From the NCBI GenBank assembly GCA_964247055.1, contig OZ176050.1, positions 8,184,001 through 8,248,000 on the forward strand: DNA of 64,000 bases, in the 5' to 3' direction. Positions 12,876-24,280 of the stretch are shown one piece after another. The notes under the pieces are model-generated. The model saw only the letters and a list, made by a program, of their open reading frames with translations, did not search any database and was not told the DNA's origin. Every line of letters starts with the position of its first letter. The first letter of the stretch is position 1. The stretch is from Paragordius varius. Lineage: Eukaryota; Animalia; Nematomorpha. The position numbers and the translations under genes are program-made.

Positions 12876-13345
12876 TAAATGGTAAATTTAAATAATACTT
12901 AAAGGTTTAATATTATCTTTGTAAAAAAATCTTAAATAACGACAGATATTATTTTTTTTGGAAAAACGGGCAGGTATCCAGAAAAGGGTGTGATAGGCTT
13001 GCTCCTTACCGTAACTGTCCTCACAGGACGACCTTTACCGCCTTCCTACGCTTTTACGCGCCTCAGGGCAGGGACGTCAACCATTTTTGAAGGCCTCTAA
13101 CAAATATATTCAATGAAACGTATAATACTAAATATATAATAAGCAAAAATGTCTAAATAATCGATATAAATAAGGTGCTCAAAGATGAATTATGATAACA
13201 ACACGGCGGGTTAAAATCTAAAAATGACAAATGGCAAGCGAATTACCGATTTACAAAATTAATCACAAAAAATTATAATACGAAAATCTAATTGAATTGT
13301 GCTCGAGAAAATATTGTTATAAAAACCATCTAATCACTTAACCAA

Positions 13346-16300
13346 ATGGCTGAGTATCTCTGCTCATGCGGTTTATTTAAACTTTTAAAAAATTTATATT
13401 TTTGCCGTCATTGTGCTCAAATTCGATGCAGGCATTGTGTAAAATATGAAGTTATTTAAAAAATGATTTTAGATTGACACATATTATTGCCAAAATTGTC
13501 AAGAAAATGTATCCTCTTCAGAAGTTCATCTAAAACAAAATAAGTATATCGATCCTAATTTTTAATAGATGTGCAAACTGTTATCAATGTCCTATTTGCG
13601 ATAATATATTGGTTGTTAAAGGATCTATTAAAGCAAAAGATGATACCGAAACGGCGGATGTAAACCGTTTTTTGTATTTGTTTTGCGAGGTGTGTTTTTG
13701 GAGCAATAAAAGTGTGCAAATGTCTTTGATGAAGGAGCAAGATATTTTAAGTCCGTATATAGAGACATGTAACGGTGTTGTGTCTAATTACGAAGCTAAG
13801 GTAATTCATTATATAATTAAAGTTAATTTTTCATATAATTTCCATCATTGGGTAATTTGACGAAAATATTATTGATGCGCGATTCTTTCGTTTTAATACC
13901 ATTATAATTACGCTCTCTTAACTTATGTATAAATTCTATATTTGGATATACAAATTAATTACACTTTATTTATAATAATGGCGTCTTTTATAACTGCCTT
14001 TTTACCATATTGGGTTTTATTTTGTTGTTTATAGAAAAAATTAATATTTTTACTTATGCTATATTTTCGGTTAATTTTATTGCCAAATACTTATAAGTTT
14101 ATGAGAAATTTTATTAAAATAAAACTTCAAAAATGTTGTTTGAGTGACCATTAAATTCTTTTATGGAATGATACATAATTTAGTTTTTTATTTAAGTATA
14201 AAGATATTTCCGTTTATTATGCTTTTCGATTGCACCCAAATTCACGAAAAAACCAATGCGTAACTTTAAACAAAATAATTTAAAATTAGAAATTTATTTT
14301 AGCAATTTTTATAGATAAAATAAACATATAATGGTTATTTTGTTAATAAAATAGAAAGCAATAAAAAAGGATATTTTATTAAAATAAAAACGTTTTTGAA
14401 CTGTTAAAAGCCGCGGTTTTCAATCAGCATGGTTTCAGAACCATTTCCAGAAATGCTTATGTTTCAATTCCGAGACACATTATTGAAAAAAATTCATATA
14501 TATAGATACGATATATACAAATATATCTAAAATTTACACTAAAACTCTTATGTTTATACTTTTTTCAAAATGTTGATATTGAACCGATTAAGCGACTTTT
14601 ATGTCTAAAACAACCGAAATATCTATAGGCTATTGAAACACAAAAGGTATTTAATTTTAAAATAATTTCTTTACTTAATCAAACATTTCAGATATTTTCT
14701 AAAGTTATTTTAGATTAAGGGTGGAGTGAATAAAAAAAGGAAACCCTTTAAGTGTTTCCTATGCTCACTTTTTCAAAGAAAGGGTTTACTTATAATTTAT
14801 AAAAAAAACCATCTAATTAACTCTCGAGTTTCCTTAAACCATGCCTAAAACCGATATAAGTATACCTAAAGAAAAATTGATAGCTCTTCTTGTAAAGTAA
14901 CTTAAAAATTATTAAAATTTTAGATATCCCATAGTTTTAAACAAATCTATGGTGCCGTATATTGTAATTCAAAAAAAGAAGCCTATAAAAATCTCCAAAA
15001 TGATTTTATGACAGAATCAAAGAAATATTATGAGATAGATCAGATTAGAAAGGCTATCGATAATATGAAATCTTCGATAAAAAAAATATGATTTGACTAT
15101 TACAGGGAACGTGGTTTTAAAGATAAGACCGAATAATATGAAATCTTCGATAAAAAAATATGATTTGAATATTACAGGGAACGTGGTTATTAAAGATAAG
15201 ACCGAATCGAGGAGATTTTTCTAAATTTATTAGGACAATCGAATCCGCATTTTGCATCTATACCCGGAGGTGTTTCTGTGGGAGTGCCTCAAAAAGGTAT
15301 AGATTTGCTTATATATAAAAACAAATTTAACGCCATTCTCCAGATATCAAGAATAGCTGCCGGTTTTCAGGATACATCATCGTTGCTTGTTTTCGAGGAC
15401 GATTTGGATGATACGTCCATTATAAGTTATAATTATATAAAATTCAGATGATCTCGATAATAATACCCCATGTACTAGTCAGACGCGAAAGATAAAACGA
15501 AATCAGGTTTCGGATGGTATACCATTTCCCAGTCTAAATAAACGTTTTCCCAGTCAATCGAAACATTTTCCCAATCAATCGAAACGTTTTCCCAGTCAAT
15601 CGAAACGTTTTCCCAGTCAATCGAAACGTTTTCCCAGTCAATCGAAACATTTTCCCAGTCAATCGAAACGTTTTCCCAGTCAATAGAAACATTTTCCCAG
15701 TCAATAAAAACATTTTCCCAATCAATAAAAACGTTTTCCCAGTCAATAAAAACGGTTTTATTTTTGATGATAAATATCAAAACAAGAATATAAAAATAAC
15801 TTTTAACCATTATCAGCGTAATATTAGGATATTTTTTTATAAAAACACAAATATTGAGTGACCATTTTCTAAGTATATTCCAGTGCACAATCATTAATGA
15901 CTTATTCTTTAAATGTTATATTTCGAATTTGAGTTAAGATAATATTTTTTATTTTATCGATAGTTCGCATTAATATTTGCGGAACGCTTCAAAACAGTTT
16001 CTAAACTTTTCAAGTTTTTCCATAAAAATACTGTCGGAAAAAATATTTAAACAAAAAATTTTTTCGATAAAAATGTTTTTGATTAAAAAAAATTTAATAA
16101 AAAGATATTAGAAAACAGGGGTGTCTAACCAAATGGCTTCGCGGGCCGCATTACTCAAAAAGCACAGCGTTCCGCATCCGATATATTCATTAATAATTTT
16201 TCGATTAGACATAAGACTGTAAAATACAAAAATATAACATTTTTTTAATTTGTTACCAATTTAATAAACTCATTCAGAATAATTGAGTATGAAGTATGAA

Positions 16301-19300
16301 TATTACTAAGATTTTGTGGGCATATTTTTAAATATGGATTTGCAAATTTTTCGCGGGCCGCACAAAGATACTCGGCAGGCCGAGTTGGGCACCCGATCAA
16401 ATGATAAATATTATAAAATTCCAATATGAAGTGTTAAATGACCTTCGAGATAAAAATGGTATATTATTTTTATTTTTTATATTTCATCCGTAACTATAGA
16501 TTTTGTAAGTTAGCCGCAAACAATGCGAATACATCTCAAATTCCAAAAATATGATTTTTAAAGAATAAGTCATTAATGATTGTGCACTGGAATATACTTG
16601 GAAAATGGTCATTCAATAATTGTGTTTTTATAAAAAAATAATATCCTAATATTACGCTAATAATGGTTAAAAGTTGTTTTTATATTCTTGTTTTGATATT
16701 TATCAGCAAAAAAAACCGTTTTTATTGACTGGGAAAACGTTTTTATTGATTGGGAAAATGTTTTTATTGACTGGGAAAATGTTTCTATTGACTGGGAAAA
16801 CGTTTCGATTGACTGGGAAAATGTTTCGATTGACTGGGAAAACGTTTCGATTGACTGGGAAAACGTTTCGATTGATTGGGAAAATGTTTCGATTGACTGG
16901 GAAAACGTTTATTTAGACTGGGAAATGGTATATATTAAAATTAAACTTTAGAACTACAAAGTAAATGTGCCATTTACACTATAGCCATCCGTCCCGTCCT
17001 CACACATGGATCCGAGTGGCCGATGTCAAAAACAAATGAATCCAAACTCATAAACGCTGAATCCAAATTATTGAAAACAATATTATTTGCACACAATCCT
17101 TCTAAATTCAATTATACCGAATCCATAAACCCGTACCATATACTCAATCTCAACCCCATCAACAACCTCATCAGAAATCTCCGGTTACAATGGGCTGGAC
17201 ATGTTGAAAGACGGCAAGATACCACATTCTTAAAACTATGAAAAATTACTCGGTTGAACTACCAGCGAAATGCGGCCGACCCCATACCACATGGCTCAAC
17301 ACAATAACTAAAGACCTCGAATCGCTTAATTTAAATCTAGAATTAGCCAAATCAAGAGAAGAGTGGAAAAAACGCGTGTACCGTCATTTAATGGCGAATC
17401 CCCATACAAATGAATGATGAATTGTAAAACGATTCAAGGCAAAAGGCAGAAACCCCAGGCCTTGGAGGATGAATCAACAATTTTCCTATCAAATGAAAAA
17501 TTGCAAAGATTACTAATGGTGAAGGAGTTGAAACCTAATATCATCCATGATTTTATATTATGATAATTTAAATAATAAATAGTTTAACATATATTTATGT
17601 AATTTCTCTGATTTGATTATATATACAAATTGTTATTTGACAAGAAGCACTTAATAAAATTAAAATATATGTTGGTTGCATAACATAATAGGAATTGTGA
17701 ATTGTTAAAAAAATAAATATATACGAGTTTGGAAATGGCTTTATACATAATTATAATAAAAAATTGCAAAAATTATAATAGTTCATAAGAGGTCATTATC
17801 AATCATTGAGCGTAATATTTTATTTCGCCTTTTTATACCTAATCTTTTGGATCTTGAATTCTCTTCTTCGGTAGGCAAACACTGATTTCCATCTGATGAA
17901 CCGGTCTCAATATCAGATTCATCTTCTTCTATTCGGTCATTAAAATGCTTTGATATATTGTGTAAAATTGCGCAAGATAATATGACTTTTGATAATTTGC
18001 AAGAGCAATTCGAATTTTATTACCAAGTATGGGAAATCTTTTCTTAATTTGGCCAAATATGCGTTCAATAACGCACCTACATTTTGAGTGAATTGTATTA
18101 AACTTTTTTTCATATAGATCAGTTGGATTTATAAATGGTGTTAAAAGCCAGGGGGATATTGCATAGCGCTATCAGCAAGCAATGATGCATTAGCTTTAAA
18201 GTTTTTAGTAAATTTTCCAAGACTACTGCGTCTGAATATCCTGCTGTCATGCATACTTCCGGCAGAATTTATATCTAAGCTAGTGATATATTCATTGGCA
18301 TCACAGGTTACCTCGACGTTGATAGAATACCTTTGTTTTCTATTAATATACTCTTCACTATATTGTCCTTTTGGTTTGTTTATATAAAAGTGAGTGCAGT
18401 CTATGGCTCCCACTATACCAGGCATCTTATATCGCTTTTGCCATAGAGTTTTTGCTTGAGAAATATCTTCCATATTTCTAGGAAATTTGATCGATTCATG
18501 TGCTTTTGTCACAATTATATTGGATACTTCATCAATAATTTTGCTAACCGTAGTACGGTGCACCCCAAAAACTAGCCCAATAATAATTTGATACAAAAGT
18601 CATATTATCTTGCGCAATTTTACACAATATATCAAAGCATTACCAAATAGAAGAAGATGACTCTGATATTGAGACCGGTTCATCAGATGGAGATCAGTGT
18701 TTGCCTATCGAAGAAGAGAATTCAAGATACAAAAGATTAGGTATAAAAAAGCGAAATGAAATATTACGCACGATGGTTGATAATGACCTCTTAAGAACTA
18801 TTATAATTTTTGCAATATTTTATTATAATTATGTATAAAGTCATTTCCAAACTATTTATTATTTAAATTATCATAATATAAAATCATGGATGATATAAGT
18901 TTTAACTCCTTCACTATTAGTAATCTTTGCAATTTTTCATTTGATAGGAAAATTGTTGATTCATCCTCATCCTCCAAGACCTGGGGATGTTTTTGCCTTT
19001 AGCCTTGAATCCTTTTACAATTATCTAAAGTTTAATTTTAATATACCATCCGAAACCTGACTTCGTTTTATCTTTCGCGTCTGACTAGTACATGGGATAT
19101 TATTATCGAGATCATCTGAATTTTATATAATTACAACTTATAATGGACGTATCATCCAAATCGCCCTCGAAATCAAGCAACGATGATGTATCCTGAAAAC
19201 CGGCAGCTATTCTCGATAGCTGCGAGAATGGCGTTAAATTTGTTTATATATATGAGCAAATCTATTTTTTGAGGCATCCCACAGAAACACCTCCGGTTAT

Positions 19301-22300
19301 AGATGCAAAATGCGGATTCGATTGTCCTAATAAATTTAGGAAAATCTCCTCTGATTCGGTCATATCTTTAATAACCACGTTCCCTGTAATATTCAGAACA
19401 TATTTTTTTATCGAAGATTTCATATTATCGATAGCCTTTCTAATCTGATCTATCTCATAATATTTCTTTGTTTCTGTCATAAGATCATTTTGGAGATTTT
19501 CATAGGCCTCTATTTTTTTTGAATTACAATATACGGCATCATAGATTTGTTTAAAACTATGGGATATCATATTAAATATTATTGAGTTACTTTACAAGAA
19601 GAGCTATCAATTTTTCTAGGTATACTTATATCGGTTTTAGGCATGGTTTAAGGATACTCGAGAGTTAATTAGATGTGTTTTTTATATGAATTATAAGGAA
19701 ACCCTTTCTTTGAAAAAGTGAGCATAGGAAACACTTAAAGGGGTTACCTTTTTTTTTAATCACTCCACCTTAAGTTTGTGTTTTTTGGTATAGTTTTTAT
19801 TCACCTTTTGCACAAGACATACTATTATTAATGGACAACTTTACTATTTTTTTGATCTATAACCAGACAGATAGGATTTTAAATTTATGATTGCGCAGTT
19901 AAAAACTAAATAGATTATCTGCATATTCAAAATTGCGTGTTGATACCACCAAATTAAATGTATAATCCATACTGATTACAATTATTATTGTTTAGATGGC
20001 GTATATTTTTGTAAAAGTGTTGTCCCGGCTATTTTAAATAATATGGAACTTTTTCAATTAACTCTATAGTCCTTCTGTCATCAAGATTAAATATAGAAAT
20101 TTATACGGTAACTTATTTTTTATAAGATAGAACAGGATTCAAATTATTAATTTATACACTTTATTTTAAAGCACTATTTACTGTTCTGCTTCTAAAATAA
20201 ATAATTTCCATATTAAATGATTTTAATATTAAAATAAAAAAATGTTATTTCCAGTTTTATTATTTATAGATAAATTTTTATCCTAATAGATTGATGAACT
20301 AATGTATCAGTATCAAGATATTAGCATCAAAAATAATTTAATCTCTTCCACATACACTTCAAACACAATCACCAAAACATATATGGTACAATTAGATTTA
20401 TGTATTGTTACAGAATGAAGTTATGAAAAACTTGAATAGTAGCGACACTCAACCAGTGTACAATATATTATAAATATTGCTAATCTTTATATCTCTTTTT
20501 ATTTTATGCTTATATTTTTAGGAAAAAACAACCATGCCCGCAAGAGTTTATTCCGTTTGAAGATGAAGAATTCGTTAAAAAATCTGAAGAACCCATTTCT
20601 CTAAGATCTCGTATGATAATTTTTATATAATATTTATTTAAGGTTTTGATTATTTATTTCTATAATAGTACAAAATTTTTATTAGATTTGTTATCCACTT
20701 TAGTAATTTTTTATTAGCCAAACTAAATTCTAGTGTTGTTTTATAAATAAAAAATTATAAATTATACTTTGAAATATAATATAAAATGATAAAATAATTA
20801 TTTGATGTGTACCTAATAATATGAGGAGAAGATGTGTTTATTGGTAAATCATATCGTAAGCCAAAATTACGATAAGATTTTTTCTATTTAGTAATTTAAT
20901 TATATATTTCCTTTAGTTGCAACTCCGATTCAATCTTCGCGTCAAAAAACGGATATTAAATGTGTTTCTGAACTTTCCCCTATGCGTTTACAGTATCGCA
21001 CCAAGTTAACAATGAGATGTATGGTAGGAATTTGTGTTTTAATTAAGTTTTAAAATTAATGACTTATAATCAACGCCAAATCTATCAAACAACTTTTGTA
21101 CCTATTCACTTTTTGGCGTGATAATCTTGTATCCAATTTTTATACAGTTTAGCATAAATGGGTGACAAATTGGATATCAAAAAAATTGACTGGTTGATAG
21201 GAAGGAATTTTTCTTAACAACTATTAAGTTCAATTGTTTTCTATTTTCAGTTTACGTTCCGTTTTTATATATTTACTAGCTGTAATAAACAAAATGGAAA
21301 ATAATTTTGAAAAATCCACTTTTTAATAAAGGACTGGTTACTTAAATGTTTTTCGGTAACAGCAATGAATATAATGGCATTTTTCGGCTTTTAATTATTT
21401 TACAAAACATATTTTTTATAAGTAACATTGCTTCTAATAAAATTTATTTATCATAATTTTTATTATAGGAATGCGATTGTTTCATAATTAAACCAGAACT
21501 TAAACCAGGTGCCAGCTACTTTAAAGTTGAACAGATGGCTTTGTAAGATCTATAATATGTCATAACTAATTTAATGGATTGGTTTAAGAATTTATTTTTT
21601 ACGACTTTTTTATTCGCTTAAATTATATTATATTGTTAATTAATATATGATACCATTTAGATACAATGTACCAGATATTAGTATACAACAATCTTCACAA
21701 GTATAGTTTACTATCTATTATATTGAAACATAAATTTTTGATGGCAACACTTTAATTGTCCAAGAAATAATCCCAATAGTATTTTTTCAAAAAAATAAAT
21801 TACTATATAATTTTAATTATATCTTTATTGATTTTTTATGGATAGGAAAAGGATCAAATTCGATCAATTATTGTTTTGATTAGAAATTTGTCTCAGCATT
21901 CAAGAAACATAAAAATTACTAATTTACTTTCTGGACCTAATATGTCGTTTTTGAACGGTCAAATGGATCAGTTTGATAAGGACTGTTTTGATGCGACTAT
22001 TATAAACCAGGAATTAAAACATGCCAATGAATTTGAGGTTTTTAAGTTTGTTATTACATATCTTCACAAACTGATATTATTTCCTTAAATAAATTGTTTA
22101 ATATTGAAATTAATTACAAGATAGTTATTTAAGTTAAATTATATATTTATTTATGCTTTTTAGTTTATATATGATTCGAATAAAACGTCTCTTTCATTAA
22201 CATTGGACAGTCTTTCGCCGAACACGGATGAAAATTATGCTTATTTTCATAAAATAAATTACGAAATATACAAAAAAATGAAAAGCAATCAATTACCTGA

Positions 22301-22904
22301 CCAAACGTATGTAATTTAAATAACATTCTTTTATTTTACTTTAATTTAAAATTCCTATGTTAGATTGCTATATCAAGATATGAATTGTGCAATGCTCAGA
22401 TTATCAATCAGGTCAAGCGAGGTATTCATTATTTTACCTTTAATATAGCATCGTTAGGTCTTAATAAAAATATATGTTTAAACAAAAAAAATTATGTAAA
22501 TATTTAAAATTAATTCATAATATATTTCCTTAAAATTATATAAATTACTTTATTATTCCGCGTTTTACGTAAAGCAACATGTTATGATGGATAAACCATG
22601 TCAAAGTAAATATGTTTATGGTTTGTTGACATTTAATCACGCACAATCGAGTACCTTATTGTTATCATCAACGGTAAATGAATCAACAAAAGCAAAAAAT
22701 GGGACATCAACGGGTAGAATTTTTATGCGTAAACTTTATTTCTATGCAATATGCACTATTTAAAAGCTTAGTTTTCTTAAAAGTTAAATTGAGCAAAAAT
22801 GTGTATATTTATTTTATCATTTGTTAAAAATATTAGATAATGGTAAAGGAGATGAAAAGAAGAATGATATATGGGTCAATGTAGTTTTTCGTATACCTTT
22901 ATAG
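13346..22904 (+). CDS. DCTN4: Dynactin subunit 4 (p62), 13 exons (13346-13450, 13473-13543, 13569-13800, 20414-20457, 20522-20610, 20917-21023, 21469-21542, 21661-21700, 21846-22037, 22164-22310, 22364-22411, 22575-22713, 22837-22904)
   Basis: LYFCRHCAQIRCRHCVKYEIDTYYCQNCQENVSSSEVHLKQNKCANCYQCPIC..LYLFCEVCFW, then TMRCMECDCFIIKPELKP..FKVEQMALYNVPDISI and the C-terminus IWVNVVFRIPL*, collinear with human p62. All junctions are phase-compatible. Confidence 0.92.
15545..15754 (+). repeat. Tandem array of 10 x 21 bp (TTTTCCCAGTCAATCGAAACG)
   Basis: Counted directly, plus one terminal variant unit. Confidence 0.95.
16116..16395. mobile_element. hAT (Charlie-like) MITE inside the foldback spacer
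   Basis: CAGGGGTGTCTAAC...GCGGGCCGCA...GTTGGGCACCC; related to the 46071-46423 copy. Confidence 0.6.
16717..16905 (-). repeat. Tandem array of 9 x 21 bp, mirror image of 15545-15754
   Basis: Same order of sequence variants as the left array, with one unit fewer. Confidence 0.95.
16952..17420 (+). mobile_element. RTE-like non-LTR retrotransposon 3' fragment inserted in the Harbinger copy
   Basis: AIRPVLTHGSE..ESKL..LRLQWAGHVERR..GRPHTTWLNTITKDL..SREEWKK. It is absent from the sister arm at ~19020. Confidence 0.8.
18594..19769. mobile_element. PIF/Harbinger element, right inverted partial copy (transposase C-terminus on +, Myb/SANT-like ORF on -)
   Basis: Reverse complement of 14719-15530 plus 16930-17991, without the two insertions. 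ORF 19262-19570 reads KKIEAYENLQ..IDQIRKAIDNMKSSIKK..NPHFASITGGVSVG. It ends CACTCCACC|TTAA. Confidence 0.88.
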
Positions 22905-23064
22905 ATATTGATATAATAAACAAAATAATGTTAATTTGATGTTATTTATGTGAGGGCATTTTTTTGGAATATTGATCTTTTAAATTATGTCAAATTTAGG
23001 CAAGAATGTTTGATGATATAACTGATTTATTATTCAATTATTTAAAAAAATTACATATAGTTTG

Positions 23065-23575
23065 TAGGATCATGTTTCCAGGTGGGATCATGTCGAATGA
23101 GGTTCTGATCGGATTTTCAGGATTCATACGGTCAAGGTGACCGTAGTATCTCATTTTTTTAATTGGATAAATTTGTTTATTGACTCTATTGCGGAGATCT
23201 TGGGGATTCAGTTGCGTTGACATCAGGCTTAGTATGTGATTTTCTTCGCCGATGAAACGTTTTCTTGTGTATGTTAATGCCATGGTTTCTATGGCCTATG
23301 TCAAAACTGGAGTCAATAGCCAAATTTATCCAATTCAAAAGAATGAAAAATTACGGTCATTTTGACCGTATGAATCCTGATAATCCGATCAGAACATTCG
23401 ACATCATCTCACCTGGATATAATAAATGTCGTCCTCGCTGCTAAAAAGATTGATCTGGATTTCCAACAACTCCAACTGCTAAAAACAGATTGTATTGATA
23501 AGGAACTATTTCATAAAAAGCTGGATAGGTTACTACACCATCAAAACTGATTGTTAAACAACAACAACAACAGTT
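23065..23575. mobile_element. Two RTE-like LINE 3' fragments in inverted (hairpin) arrangement
   Basis: The - arm encodes IKKMRYYGHLDRMNPENPIR and the + arm encodes FKRMKNYGHFDRMNPDNPIR, followed by a (CAA)n tail at ~23558-23572. Confidence 0.7.
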
Positions 23576-24280
23576 TGTATGACAGGCTATTTGGCGATTA
23601 TGTTTTAATATTTAATATTTGGGTATTCAATAAGTCATATTATGTGAATTAGGCTAATTAATTCAATTTGGAATAATTTGATACACACTTAAGCAAAATT
23701 AATAATGAATATTCGTTAGGAACATCTAACCTTTTCAAATTACACAAAATAATTATGTAATTTCAATCATATATTTATTTTGTTTAATTTGAAAACATAT
23801 TTTGATGTTTGCATCAAAATAATAGTCGCAATTTTAATTATTTGTGAAAAAATATAATTTTTATTCGTTATACCAAAATACATACATGATTTAAAAAATC
23901 TGCTAAAATAATGATAATATGAATATCATAGCCATTATCATAAGGAATACTACTAAACACCTTTCATAAATTAATTACACCCAATTTATTACAGCATATT
24001 TCACCTTAACTATAATTGTTATTCTAGAAATATGATTTTCAATAAATGTATTAATAATATTATTAAATTACTAACAAAAAAATAAAAAAAATCCCATTCC
24101 TTATTATGGTAAAATCAAAAAATATTTTTTTCCCATATAATACAGGATATAAATATACAATTACAAATTAAATTAAAAGGATGCGCGGAATGGCTGGCTA
24201 TACAAGTTTTATGTTGTAAGAATTGTAAAAAAAACATTAATTTTCAAAGTTGTTGCGAAAAAATGATGCATTTCATTTAT

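Larger units (their letters stand above)
15529..16930. mobile_element. Foldback/MITE-like element with ~400-bp TIRs built from 21-bp tandem repeats, TA target-site duplication
   Basis: Termini TACCATTTCCCAG...CTGGGAAATGGTA. The empty site GGATGGTA|TATTAAAA is visible in the sister Harbinger arm (~19035-19055). The inverted arms span ~15529-15935 and ~16535-16930. Confidence 0.85.
14719..18596. mobile_element. PIF/Harbinger element, left copy: Myb/SANT-like gene on +, 5'-truncated DDE transposase on - (~17760-18596), interrupted by two insertions
   Basis: Terminus TTAA|GGGTGGAGTGAATAAAAAAAGG. The transposase has MPGIVGAIDCTHFYINKP..YINRK..YSINVEVTCD..GSMHDSRIF..LLADS and VILSCAILHN. The Myb-like ORF begins MPKTDISIPKEKLIALLVK and contains a tandem duplication of ~70 bp at 15060-15205. 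Confidence 0.88.

Noticed and set aside
12960-13095. HDV-like, twister or hammerhead ribozyme
   Set aside because: CTG-TCCTCA-CAG resembles HDV P3/L3, but there is no matching P1 partner or P1.1 GG. There is no CUGAUGA/GAAA core, and the twister pseudoknot could not be completed.
15545-16905. CRISPR-like array
   Set aside because: The units are contiguous with no unique spacers, there are no cas genes, and the context is eukaryotic.
15475-16916. ORFs encoding (SIDWENV)n and (LTGKTFR)n repeat proteins
   Set aside because: They are by-products of a stop-free 21-nt repeat in the TIRs of a foldback element, and appear on both strands and in two frames.
22364-22713. STIL- or MLH3-like motifs (YVYGLLTF..., QIINQV)
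   Set aside because: These exons are collinear with the DCTN4 C-terminus once the upstream exons are joined.
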